Positions 55,004 through 64,000 of a stretch of DNA of 64,000 bases are shown here, piece after piece; positions within the stretch are counted from its first letter, which is position 1, and the number at the start of each line of letters is the position of its first letter. Below the pieces are notes generated by a model, which saw nothing but the letters and a program-made list of their open reading frames with translations, had not been told where the DNA came from and ran no database searches. A program made the translations under genes and the position numbers. The DNA comes from an uncultured Chloroflexia bacterium (GTDB lineage Bacteria; Chloroflexota; Limnocylindria; Limnocylindrales; CSP1-4): NCBI GenBank assembly GCA_963712745.1, contig CAVQJC010000006.1, positions 160,001-224,000 of the forward strand, given 5' to 3'.

Positions 55004-55447
55004 ATGACGACGACGATGGACACGAACAGGTCGCAGCCAGGCGGCTCGCAAGCGCTCTGGCACGCACAGGCTCCGGCCTATCGCATCGAGGGTGAGCTCC
55101 GCGAGGTCGTACCGGTGGGTGCCTTCGGGGACGCGATCCGCTTGCTGAGCCGGTGCGACGCCAAGGTCCTGACGGCCATGGCGGGGACTACGGGGCCCGC
55201 GGTCGGGCGTGTGTCACTTGATGTCAACGGGGTGGTCATGGCGCCTGATGGCTTCTCGATGCCGCTCCCGGCGGCTATCGCCACTCCCGGGTTCGAGTTC
55301 CCGGATCTCGACTTTCGACTGACGGGTACGGCATACATCCGTGCCGTCGAGCACGGGCTGGCGCAGCTCGAAGGCTCGACCGTGTCGATCGAGGGCTGGG
55401 TCAACTTCGAGTCGGGGGAGTTGGTGGTCGAGGCTCTTCCGTTGTGA
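55004..55447 (+). CDS. Hypothetical beta-rich protein (DUF3237-like?), possibly internally deleted
   Basis: GGAGGAG RBS; alternating beta-strand pattern; divergent from TetR. Confidence 0.55.
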   Translation: MTTTMDTNRSQPGGSQALWHAQAPAYRIEGELREVVPVGAFGDAIRLLSRCDAKVLTAMAGTTGPAVGRVSLDVNGVVMAPDGFSMPLPAAIATPGFEFPDLDFRLTGTAYIRAVEHGLAQLEGSTVSIEGWVNFESGELVVEALPL

Positions 55448-55775
55448 GCGCCGGGCGCAAGCTGGGCACGAGCGCACCGCCTGGCCTTGCAGGTGACTGG
55501 CGACGCCGACCGATCACGGGGTGATCGACCCAAGCGAGCTCGCCTCCTGCGACTTCACACCTGGTAGCGTCGCGCCCGCCCTGCAGGCAGCGTGGCACCG
55601 TCGTGCGGCGCGCCTGACTTGGCTCGCCGCGCAGCCTCGCACGTGACCCTTTGAGCGCGTCTGTCCGAAATCGGAACCCTGGGTGCTTGGTGCCGATTCG
55701 TACCCTATAGAGGAACGACACAAGACCGCTCCTCCATGGTGGCCCAGGGCAGCTGTCCGAAGGGAAACAGGGGGT

Positions 55776-56339
55776 ATGGACGAAGAGCTCGTGCGAAGGG
55801 CACAGGGTGGAGATCCCGGCGCTTTTCGCACGCTGGCGATCGAGCACCACCCGCGCCTGTTCGCCGCCGCCTACGGCATCCTGCGCGATCGTGACCTGGC
55901 CCAGGATGCGACACAACGGGCGCTCGTCAACGTGTGGCGCCACATCCACGGCCTGAAGGAACCAGCCCGGTTCCAGGGCTGGTCGTATCGCATCCTGGTC
56001 CACGCCTGCTATGCCGAGGCCAAGGCAGTGCCGAAGCTGCTCGCCGATACCGACCAGCAGGCGGTCCGCGAGCCCGTGGCCAGCGATGAGATCAAGCGCA
56101 TCGACGATCGCGACCAGCTCGAGAGGGCGTTCCGGCGCCTGTCGCTCGAGCACCGGGCCGTCGTCGTGCTGCACCACCTCGCCGACATGCCCCTTGACGC
56201 GGTCGCTGAGGCGCTCGACCTGAAGGTCGGGACCGTCAAGTCACGGCTCAACCGCGCGATGGGAGAGCTGCGTGCGGCCATCGAGGCCGATGCACGGCCG
56301 ACGTCCACGTTGCCCCTCGGACGGGAGGTCGCGCCATGA
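55776..56339 (+). CDS. ECF RNA polymerase sigma factor
   Basis: LVRRAQGGDPGAF, AQDATQRAL…W, FQGWSYRI, LSLEHRAVVVL, GTVKSRLNRA. Confidence 0.93.
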   Translation: MDEELVRRAQGGDPGAFRTLAIEHHPRLFAAAYGILRDRDLAQDATQRALVNVWRHIHGLKEPARFQGWSYRILVHACYAEAKAVPKLLADTDQQAVREPVASDEIKRIDDRDQLERAFRRLSLEHRAVVVLHHLADMPLDAVAEALDLKVGTVKSRLNRAMGELRAAIEADARPTSTLPLGREVAP

Positions 56340-57142
56340 ACGTGCCCGATCGCACCACGCAGCGAGTGCGCGAGTGGCTCCGACAGTCGACGCCGGACGC
56401 GCCGGAGGCCGAGCGCAGCGTCGACGAGGTCATGACCACGTTGTTCCAGGCATCACAGCTGCGGCCCCGGTCGTCGTTCCGCTTCCTGCGCAGAGCGGAT
56501 TGGGGCGAAGGAGGGTATTCGATGTTCTCGGCACTCAAGATCGGTGTGGCGACAGCGCTCGTGGCGCTGCTCGGCGGAGTCCTGGCCATCAGCACGCTGC
56601 CTCAGGAGCAGCTACCCCAGGCACCGGCCGCAGCCACGGAGGTAGCGACCCCGGAGATCTCGCTAGAGGACCTCCCGCCATACGCTGCCATCAACGGCAA
56701 GATGTTGGCGGGTCCCAATACCCACTTGCCGGACATGGAGATCGACCCGACGACGGGCCGGGGAACAGGCAATGACTATGCCTGGACCATGAGCCTCGAA
56801 ACGAACGACCCCAGGCTCGATGGGCCTTTCCTTTCCAACCACGACTACCTCGTCTTCGAGGGCGAAGACCCGTTTAGCGGTTCCCTCCGCAACGGCATCG
56901 GTACGCTGTCGAACGAGGGCGGATCCTGGAGCGTCGAGTTCCACGGATTCTCGAAGCCCGGCCAGAGCAACATCACCAGCGACTACTACGTGACCTACCT
57001 CACCGGCGAAGGCGGATACGAAGGGCTGTCCGCGATGCTGTTGTCAGTCCCTGCCGGGAGCTACTGGGCCGTCGATGGCGTCATCGCACCTGGCCCCATG
57101 CCCGAGCCCCCGACCACGGTGGAGCCGGCCATGGCGGAGTAG
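56336..57142 (+). CDS. Putative anti-sigma factor: cytoplasmic N-domain, TM, extracellular 'DPR…G.GAYEGL' domain
   Basis: ATGA overlap with ECF; TM MFSALKIGVATALVALLGGVLA; TNDPRLDG, GEGGYEGL, WAVDGVI. Confidence 0.78.
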   Translation: MNVPDRTTQRVREWLRQSTPDAPEAERSVDEVMTTLFQASQLRPRSSFRFLRRADWGEGGYSMFSALKIGVATALVALLGGVLAISTLPQEQLPQAPAAATEVATPEISLEDLPPYAAINGKMLAGPNTHLPDMEIDPTTGRGTGNDYAWTMSLETNDPRLDGPFLSNHDYLVFEGEDPFSGSLRNGIGTLSNEGGSWSVEFHGFSKPGQSNITSDYYVTYLTGEGGYEGLSAMLLSVPAGSYWAVDGVIAPGPMPEPPTTVEPAMAE

Positions 57143-57273
57143 CAGCGACGGTTCGGCACGATGGGCGCAGGACTGGATGCGCCCTCCGTGCCGATGCCGA
57201 AGACCGCATCGCGGCGACCGCCTCATCTAGGGGCCTCATCGACGTCGGCGACGCGTGCGCGCTCGACCCGCCG

Positions 57274-57669
57274 GTGCCCCATCTCGCCATGCACGGCACG
57301 GCGGACCTCCACGTGCCCTTCGACGGAAGTGCGAGCCCGATGGGCGACGACACCATGGTGGACGGCCAGCCCTGGACCGCCTGGCCGATCGCATCCTGGC
57401 CGGGCATCTTCGTTCCGGTCCCCGATATCGTGGCCGCCGTGGCCGAGCGCAACGGATGCGCGCCGAAGACCACATCCGCGCCGACCGCTGACGGCATCGA
57501 GCGCCCGAGCTGGTCTTGCCCCAGCGGCGGCGAGATCGAGTTCGTGGTCGCCGAGGGGGGTGGTCACGGTTGGCCGGGCAGTGTGGTTCAGCAGGTCTAC
57601 GAGGATGCGTACGGGCTGGGACCGGTGAGGATGGACCTCGACGTGTCCGGCACCGCCGACGGCGGTCCG
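57274..57669 (+). pseudogene. C-terminal remnant of a PHB-depolymerase/LpqC-like esterase
   Basis: HGTADLHVPFDG, AERNGC, EGGGHGWPG present; nucleophile region and start absent. Confidence 0.65.
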
Positions 57670-58746
57670 CTACGGGGAGCAGTCGTCCGGACTGTTGTCG
57701 CGGATGTTGCCGGTGGGATCGCAGGCGACCCCGACGACGTAGGGGAAAGCGTCGTAGTAGCCGCCACCCCACGCGCCCGCGGTGTTGTGATGGATCGAGC
57801 TGGAGTCGTGGAGGATGAGCGGACCGCCGTTCCATACGCCGCCACCGTTGTTGCCGGTGGCGTTGTGGTGGATCGAGCTGGAGTCGTTGAGCGTGAGGTA
57901 GGCGTAGTTGTGGACGCCGCCGCCCTTGGTCGACGCCTCGTTGCCATGGATCGAGCTGGCGTCGTTGAGAGTGACGCTGCCGTAGTTCGAGACGCCGCCG
58001 CCGATCTCGGTGCTGGCCGCGTTGTGGTGGATGGAGCTGGAGTCGTTGAGGATGAGGGTGCCGATGTTGAAGACGCCGCCGGCCTGGTTGGCCGCGTTGT
58101 GGTGGATGGAGCTGGAGTCGTTGAGGATGAGTGTGCCGTCGTTGTCGACGCCACCGCCGATCAGGCTGACGGCGGTGTTGTGGTGGATGGAGCTGGATCC
58201 AGAGAGTGTGAGGGTGCCCATGTGGGTGTTGCCGACGCCACCGCCGTTGCTGGCGACGTTACCGCGGATGGCGGCGGCGCCCTGGAGCCTGAGGGTGCCG
58301 CGATCATTGAAGACGCCGCCGCCGTTCCCAGTGGCGGTGTTGTCGCGGATCACGGTCGAGCCCATGAGGACGAGGGTGCCGCGGTTGAGGATGCCACCGC
58401 CCTTGGCCGCCTTGCCGTCACGGATGCGGACGTCCGCTATGGCCACCATCGCGCCTGGCTCGATGGTGATGACGCTACCCTGACCATCGCCATCGAGCGT
58501 CGGCCGGCCCGAGGCCTCCGTTCGGATGCCCCTGATGCTCAGGTGCTTGCCGATCGTCGTTACGCGGTGGCAGGTGCCTCGCACGGTTAGCCGGTGGCCC
58601 TTGCGGGCGAGCGTGACCGCCTTCTGGAGGCTGTTGCTCGTGGCGCCGGTGTCGAGGTTCTTGACCCGACAGGCAGTAGCCGACCCAGCAGCGACCGGCG
58701 CCGACGCGGCCGCGATCGTCAGCGTTGCCAGCAGGGCCGTCGACAT
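57670..58746 (-). CDS. Secreted right-handed beta-helix repeat protein (start may be slightly upstream)
   Basis: Signal peptide; about eight repeats of GGGVxN.GTL.L.DSSSIHHN.A. Confidence 0.82.
   Translation of the reverse strand: MSTALLATLTIAAASAPVAAGSATACRVKNLDTGATSNSLQKAVTLARKGHRLTVRGTCHRVTTIGKHLSIRGIRTEASGRPTLDGDGQGSVITIEPGAMVAIADVRIRDGKAAKGGGILNRGTLVLMGSTVIRDNTATGNGGGVFNDRGTLRLQGAAAIRGNVASNGGGVGNTHMGTLTLSGSSSIHHNTAVSLIGGGVDNDGTLILNDSSSIHHNAANQAGGVFNIGTLILNDSSSIHHNAASTEIGGGVSNYGSVTLNDASSIHGNEASTKGGGVHNYAYLTLNDSSSIHHNATGNNGGGVWNGGPLILHDSSSIHHNTAGAWGGGYYDAFPYVVGVACDPTGNIRDNSPDDCSP
57775..58400. repeat. Coding tandem repeat, about 78-84 bp unit
   Basis: gttgtggtggat(c/g)gagctggagtcgttgag recurs at roughly 80 bp spacing. 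Confidence 0.85.
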
Positions 58747-59241
58747 CAGGAACGCCGCGACGCGTCGGAACGGGATCGCTGCCAGCAGGACAAGCCCCTT
58801 CCTCGCGTCCTCTCCTCACTCATGGGCACGGAAACGGGACACGAGCGCGCCGAGCCCAGACCGATAGATGCTATCCGATGCCATCTTCGGCTGGGGCGAT
58901 CGGTCGCGAAGCACGTCGTACAAGATCCAGGCCACCAGCTGGGACGTACAGAGGCCTCCTACGTGCCCGATCAGACGCCAGAGGTGATCGCGGCGGCCTC
59001 CCGGGAATGATGCGCGAAGGTCTGCCCGGCATCGAGGCTGAGCGGGCAGTGGCGACCGAGAAGGTGGTGGTGACCGACCGGCTGAAGGAGTCCACCATGT
59101 AGCGAGCTGAAGATCCGAGACCGTCTTGGTCACGACCGGGCGCTGGTGGTTCGAGCCGCTTGCTGACGAACTCGGTCTCGATGTCCAGTGGCAGGACGGC
59201 GGGCAGTGCATACGCTCCCGCGAGGCTCAAGCGCAGCGACG

Positions 59242-59588
59242 CGAGGCTCTGGCGCCCCGAAGGGGTCTTGAGGGACCCGGTTGCGACGCAGTGACGACCA
59301 GCCGGCGTGGCACGCGGAAGCGGAGTAGGCCAAGGGCGGAGTCTGCCAAGCCAACAGTTCGCCTGATCCCTGGGGCCGTGTGCGTCGTCGTGTATGTGTG
59401 GAGACCGGACAGCACGGGCCGGCCGGTTCGAGGACTGGGTCGACCGCATCGTCGTTGACACCTGCTGCGACCGCCTGCGGAGGGCCGCCCGACGGCCGAC
59501 CACGGACGTCTCGACGCAGACCGCATTGAGCACCCCGGAGGCCACGGCTAACGTGCACCGGCGGCTGATGGTGGAGCAGGCCTTCGCC
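59242..59588 (+). pseudogene. Decayed, internally deleted duplicate of the downstream ECF sigma gene and its upstream region
   Basis: Aligns by eye to 60347-60517 and 60735-60899 (tctggcgccc..aaggggtcttgaggg; tgtggagaccggacagc; FEDWVDRIVVDTCCDRLRR vs FEHWFDRIVVNTCRDRLRR). Confidence 0.85.
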
Positions 59589-59647
59589 GATTCCGGCGAG
59601 GACGATGGCGATAGACTGCAGGGGGCGTTCGCCACCAGGAGGATGAG

Positions 59648-60253
59648 ATGATCAGGTTCCGACTGCTCAGCGCCGCGTTGGGTGCGCTGCTGCTGCTGGT
59701 GCAGGCCGGCGGTGTCCTCGCACAGACGCCGCCACCCATCGAGCGCACACCGGAGATGGAGGAGCGTGCCGTCGAAGTCGCCGCGCTGTTCCCCGACGAG
59801 ATCGCAGGCGCGTCCCTCCTAGAGAATCTCGACATCAGCGTCGGGCAGGAGGTCCTCGCCACGTTGGATCCGAACGACCCCGATGATGCGGCAGAGATCG
59901 CCCAGTTTGACGAGATCGTGGCGGCCGTCGGAGCGACACTGGACGATGTAGCGACCGCGTCCAGCTACGCCCAGCTCGACGAGGATGCCTATGCCTTCGT
60001 CATCGCCTTCCAGATCCGAGGCGCCGACATCCAGCCGGCACTGCCGCTCCTCGCGGCTGCCCTCGAGGAGGACATGAGCGAAGCGGTCGTCGAGCAGGGG
60101 CAGGTCGGCGACGTGGATGTGACACTGTTCCGCAGCGCCGAGGACCCGGAAGGGGACGCGAACGTCATGCTGGCTCGAGGTGACGTCATCTGGCTGCTCA
60201 CCGTGCCAGCAGAGCTCCTCGAGGAAGCCATCGAATCGCTGCCCGAGTCCTGA
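59648..60253 (+). CDS. Hypothetical acidic secreted protein
   Basis: AGGAGG RBS; signal peptide ending VLA-Q; LFPDEIAG…GDVIWLL. Confidence 0.8.
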   Translation: MIRFRLLSAALGALLLLVQAGGVLAQTPPPIERTPEMEERAVEVAALFPDEIAGASLLENLDISVGQEVLATLDPNDPDDAAEIAQFDEIVAAVGATLDDVATASSYAQLDEDAYAFVIAFQIRGADIQPALPLLAAALEEDMSEAVVEQGQVGDVDVTLFRSAEDPEGDANVMLARGDVIWLLTVPAELLEEAIESLPES

Positions 60254-60467
60254 CGCATCGCGGCACGCGCCCATCAGGGCTGTGTCCGATGCGTCGTCGC
60301 CGCGCCCTCGGGTCGACTGTGAGCGCCCTGCCTCGGCGGCCTGATGGCGAAGGTCTGGCGCCCCCAAGGGGTCTTGAGGGCTCAGAGGCAACGCACTGAC
60401 GACCCGCTCGCGTGGTACGCGCAAGCGGAGTGAGCCCGCGGCCCTCCTCGACCAGGTCGAACTGACC

Positions 60468-60496
60468 CAATCCTTCGGGCCGCCTACGTCGTCATG
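60468..60496 (+). promoter_or_regulatory. Candidate ECF autoregulatory promoter CAATCC-N16-CGTC
   Basis: Directly before GTG 60502; conserved as TGATCC-N16-CGTC in the duplicate near 59364-59389. Confidence 0.55.
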
Positions 60497-60501
60497 TCTA
60501 T

Positions 60502-61080
60502 GTGGAGACCGGACAGCGCCACTTGACGGGAACGCGCACGATGCCTGCAGGGGGGCGCATGGCAGAGACAGAGGCCCAGCGGGCCGCGGCGTTCCAGGCG
60601 CTGGCGGACGAGCACCTGCTCCGGAGCTACCGGCTCGCCAACGCCATCCTCGGTGACCAGACCGAATCCCAAGACGCTGTACACGACGCTTTCATCAATG
60701 CCTGGCAGCGGTGGGATTCACTGCGCGACCGGGCCAAGTTCGAGCACTGGTTCGACCGCATCGTCGTCAACACCTGTCGCGATCGCCTGCGCAGATCGGC
60801 GCGGCGGCCAACCACCGACATATCGACGCAAGCGGCGTTGAGCACTCCGGACGCCTCGGCCGACGTACACCGGCGACTGCTCGTCGAGGAGGCTTTCGCA
60901 CGGTTGAAGGCCGACGATGTCGTCGTGCTGGCGCTCCGCTTCTTCGTGGATCTCGAGACGGAGGACATCGCCCGACTGCTGGACGTGCCCACACCGACCG
61001 CCAAGACGCGACTGAGATCAGCGAGGATGCGACTTCGCGACCTCATCGAGCGACAGACACCCACCGAGGCAGTCCCATGA
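60502..61080 (+). CDS. ECF RNA polymerase sigma factor (alternative start 60559)
   Basis: SYRLANAILG, SQDAVHDAF…W, FEHWFDRIVVNTCRDRLR, IARLLDVPTPTAKTRL. Confidence 0.92.
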   Translation: METGQRHLTGTRTMPAGGRMAETEAQRAAAFQALADEHLLRSYRLANAILGDQTESQDAVHDAFINAWQRWDSLRDRAKFEHWFDRIVVNTCRDRLRRSARRPTTDISTQAALSTPDASADVHRRLLVEEAFARLKADDVVVLALRFFVDLETEDIARLLDVPTPTAKTRLRSARMRLRDLIERQTPTEAVP

Positions 61081-63692
61081 ACGACCACCAGCTCGACCTC
61101 GCGCTTCAGGCGATGGGCAGAGATCGGACCGCGGTCGCCGAACCGCCCGAGCTCCGGGAGCGAGTGGCCGCGATCCCGCTCACCACGCTCCGACGCCGCC
61201 GCTGGCTGCCGGCGACCGACACCAAGGCGTTCACCATGTTCTCCACACTCAGGTTCGTCGCCGCTGCGTCCATCGTGGCGCTGTTCGGCGGCTTCCTGCT
61301 TGCGGGCATCCTGACCACGCCGCAAGGGGACGAGATGGCCCCGGCGGCGGTGACCGACTCACCCTCGCCGATGACGACCGAGGAATCGCTCTCGGGCATG
61401 GTCACCGAGGAGGTGGAGCCGGGCGTCTTCCGGGTCGTCAACGATGGCGTGCGGGACCTGACCCTGGAGGGACTCTGGGGTTGGTGGATCGACATCGTTG
61501 CGGGTCTGGACGGTAGCGTCTGGATCGTCACCGACCACGATCTCTTCCGGCTGGGCGACGAACGGACGCACCCCTGGCTCGAGGAGATTCGGAATCTCGA
61601 CTCTCTCGCACCCCTCGGGGTCGACCGCGAGGGGAGGGCGTGGCTCGGCGGGTCGGTAGACGGTGGACCTTGGCGGGGTCTCTTCGCACTCGAAGGCGAG
61701 ACCTGGACCAAGTACGCCCCAGCGGACATCCCGGCGGGAGTGGCACTCAGCCAGGCGGAGTTGGGGCCGGACGGTGCCATGTGGGTGGCGCTGGACTGCT
61801 GCGACGCCGGCCTCGAGGCCAGCCCCCCAGACGCTGCCCTGCCCATCCTGGCCCGTCTCGAGGACGGTGTCTGGGAGACCGCCCACACCGAGGTCCCAGA
61901 CCGGGGGAGCCTGCACGTCGGCACCGACGGCCCCTTCGGATTCATCGACGAGGTCTTCTCCCGCTACGACGGCGCTGACTGGCAGCCGCAGGAGATGCCC
62001 TACGACGGGACCGACTCCTTCAGCGATCTGGACCAGCTGGCCGGCCCGGAGAACACCCTCTGGCTGGGCCTCTGGGGGGAGTGTCCCGACGGTGAGGAGG
62101 ATGCCTGTGGCGATACGGACTCGCCCCGCTACGGTCTCGCCCGCAATGACGGGAGCGGCTGGGAGGAGTGGCTCATGGGCGGCTTCCCGGACAAGGACGG
62201 GGAGAACCTTCTGTCAGCACTCTTCCTGAGAGCCGTCGGAACTGACGGCAGCCTGTGGGGCAGTCTCGAGTGGGGAGGCGACGGAGCGTCCTGGCCGGGA
62301 TGGAGTGGTGATGCCGCCCGTTGTGATGGCGTGGCCCACTTCGACGGTGTCGAACTGGACCGCCACCTGCGGGGCCTCTGCGTAGGGCCCTTGGAAGTCG
62401 CTCCGGATGGCGCGGTCTGGCTACTTGCCAGCGCCACCCCTTCGACGAGTTCCGATGTCTACGTCATCACCCCCGATGCCGTGGCGCTCAAGGAGTCCGA
62501 TGTTGCCGAGCTACCTTCGGTGGAGGAGGCGACCGACACCGAGGACTCCACGACGACCGCCTCCGACATCCTGCCCGGCGTCACCCTGACCGTCGAGGAG
62601 GTCAAGCCAGGCGTCTTCCGGGTCGTCAACGACGGTCACAGGGAGCTACCCACCTCGGACGACGACTTCGGTGGCTCCGTAGATGTCACCCCCGATGGCA
62701 GCGTCTGGCTGCGCAGCGACAGGCAAGGCTTGTACCGCCTGGGAGATGAAGCTACGTTCGACGACTCGACGGAGATGCGGCCATCCATCCAGGTCGCTCC
62801 CGACGGCTCGCTCTGGGCCATCGGTCAGTTCCTGGACGACCGTATGGCCGTCTTCTCGTTCGATGGCCAGGGATGGACGGAGCGGACCGACCCGACCGGC
62901 AACGACCCCCATCTCGACCCCCTCCTCGAGAGGCTGGCCATCGGACCCGACGGGACGGTCTGGGTGACGACGACGGACGAGCGCAAGTACTGCCCCGACA
63001 TCGAGGCTGGCGAATGCCCCGGCACCTTCCTCGTGCGGCTCGAGGACGACGGTTCCCTGACGACCATCAACGACTGGCCCGATGCTTACGATGGCGACGC
63101 GTCTCCACACCGACTGGTGGTGTCACCCGACGGCGACGTGTGGCTCATCGGCGCGAGGCGCTGGGGTGGTCGCTCGGGTGGTCCGGAAACCGAGGCGCTC
63201 CTGCGCTTCGATGGCAGCGGGTGGGAAGTCCTCCCGCTTCCCGACGGGTTCCTAGACGCCAGGGTGTGGCGGTCGTTCGGCTTCGGTCCTGACGGCACAC
63301 TGTGGGTGCAGGTCCGCGGCCTCGCCGCTGGCCACCCCGATGCGCGCGGCCTCGCCCGCTTCGATGACCCCGGCTGGACCATGTTCACCGAGCCCGATGG
63401 CGGTTTGGGCTGGCAAGGCTGGACCGGGTCCGACGGCGAGCCCGTCTGGCCCGGTGCAGACCTGCTCACCGTCGCCGCCGACGGCAGCTTCTGGCTGCGC
63501 GGAAGACCGACCGCAGACGGCTGCGGCGGCGTGGCCCACTTCGACGGCACGACGTGGACCACATATCTGGTCGAAGCCTGCATCAGCGATCTCGCCATCG
63601 CCCCCGATGGCAGCGTCTGGCTGCGCGGCGAGGTGGGTGTCCAGGGCCACCTCTACGTCATCACCCCCGAGGCCGTGACGGCCACCGGGTAG
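61077..63692 (+). CDS. Putative anti-sigma factor with two tandem extracellular beta-propeller-like domains
   Basis: ATGA overlap with ECF; PPELRERV; TM MFSTLRFVAAASIVALFGGFLLAG; repeated xPDGxVW…LxRFDGxxW blades; internal duplication. Confidence 0.8.
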   Translation: MNDHQLDLALQAMGRDRTAVAEPPELRERVAAIPLTTLRRRRWLPATDTKAFTMFSTLRFVAAASIVALFGGFLLAGILTTPQGDEMAPAAVTDSPSPMTTEESLSGMVTEEVEPGVFRVVNDGVRDLTLEGLWGWWIDIVAGLDGSVWIVTDHDLFRLGDERTHPWLEEIRNLDSLAPLGVDREGRAWLGGSVDGGPWRGLFALEGETWTKYAPADIPAGVALSQAELGPDGAMWVALDCCDAGLEASPPDAALPILARLEDGVWETAHTEVPDRGSLHVGTDGPFGFIDEVFSRYDGADWQPQEMPYDGTDSFSDLDQLAGPENTLWLGLWGECPDGEEDACGDTDSPRYGLARNDGSGWEEWLMGGFPDKDGENLLSALFLRAVGTDGSLWGSLEWGGDGASWPGWSGDAARCDGVAHFDGVELDRHLRGLCVGPLEVAPDGAVWLLASATPSTSSDVYVITPDAVALKESDVAELPSVEEATDTEDSTTTASDILPGVTLTVEEVKPGVFRVVNDGHRELPTSDDDFGGSVDVTPDGSVWLRSDRQGLYRLGDEATFDDSTEMRPSIQVAPDGSLWAIGQFLDDRMAVFSFDGQGWTERTDPTGNDPHLDPLLERLAIGPDGTVWVTTTDERKYCPDIEAGECPGTFLVRLEDDGSLTTINDWPDAYDGDASPHRLVVSPDGDVWLIGARRWGGRSGGPETEALLRFDGSGWEVLPLPDGFLDARVWRSFGFGPDGTLWVQVRGLAAGHPDARGLARFDDPGWTMFTEPDGGLGWQGWTGSDGEPVWPGADLLTVAADGSFWLRGRPTADGCGGVAHFDGTTWTTYLVEACISDLAIAPDGSVWLRGEVGVQGHLYVITPEAVTATG

Positions 63693-63761
63693 GGATGGGG
63701 GGCCTGCGCTAGAAGGATCGAGCACCACAGCATGCGAGTTCTGTGCAGACGGGAGGAAGAG

Positions 63762-64000
63762 ATGCGCACACTGCGGGTATCTATCATCGGTGCGATCCTG
63801 GTGGCCGTATCCGCTCTGGGGGTCGCAGCCCAAGCACAGGAACGGCCGGCTGGATCCGACCTGCTCGTCGTGGAGGGCACCGGCTCGTTCGCCGCCATCC
63901 CGGGCCACGCTTCCGGCACCAACACCATGAGCGATCCCCGCGTCAGCGGCGACGTGGTCGTGGACTACGACTACGTGTGTGATCCCACGATGTCGAACTG
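63762..64000 (+). CDS. Secreted protein, probably 'DPR…G.GAYEGL' family (partial)
   Basis: GGAGG RBS; MRTLRVSIIGAILVAVSALGVAAQ…TMSDPRVSGDV; runs off window. Confidence 0.7.
   Translation, partial: MRTLRVSIIGAILVAVSALGVAAQAQERPAGSDLLVVEGTGSFAAIPGHASGTNTMSDPRVSGDVVVDYDYVCDPTMSN

Noticed and set aside
57775-58400. CRISPR-like periodic repeat
   Set aside because: Repeats are in-frame, degenerate at third positions and encode beta-helix turns; no cas genes
59248-60380. gggtcttgaggg in both duplicate copies resembles the T7 terminator
   Set aside because: Short match only, no U tract or matching stem, and embedded in native duplicated sequence
59242-63692. Diversity-generating retroelement template/variable repeats
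   Set aside because: No reverse transcriptase in the window and differences between copies are not adenine-specific

Overview
High-GC chromosomal window from a monoderm-looking bacterium (PASTA kinase, no outer-membrane genes, many secreted proteins; Chloroflexota-like is my inference only). Many genes carry single-base frameshifts, most likely long-read indels. In order: a partial purine-nucleoside-phosphorylase-like gene; a family-5 (Opp/Dpp/Nik) ABC transporter whose second ATPase is on the opposite strand; an 11 kb anaerobic redox cluster (HdrD-like, EtfB, EtfA, membrane Fe-S oxidoreductase, HdrA, MvhD, MvhG, MvhA [NiFe] hydrogenase, maturation protease) bracketed by two HypA homologues that both lack the zinc finger; S8 protease; reductive-dehalogenase/QueG-like Fe-S protein; C5-epimerase-like protein; ABC exporter with a divergent TetR that has an 11-mer-repeat extension and four operators at exact 18 bp spacing; lepB, mscL, rplY; two-component system plus HtrA; folCPB; pknB; galU; GH2 beta-galactosidase with a sugar ABC importer; and a terminal accessory region with two ECF sigma/anti-sigma pairs carrying different extracellular domains, a decayed third copy, and three copies of an unnamed secreted domain. 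No rRNA, tRNA, CRISPR array or transposase was recognised. Best novelty candidates: the hydrogenase-HdrA-ETF-membrane oxidoreductase cluster with cysteine-free HypA proteins, the modular ECF/anti-sigma system, and the TetR operator array.
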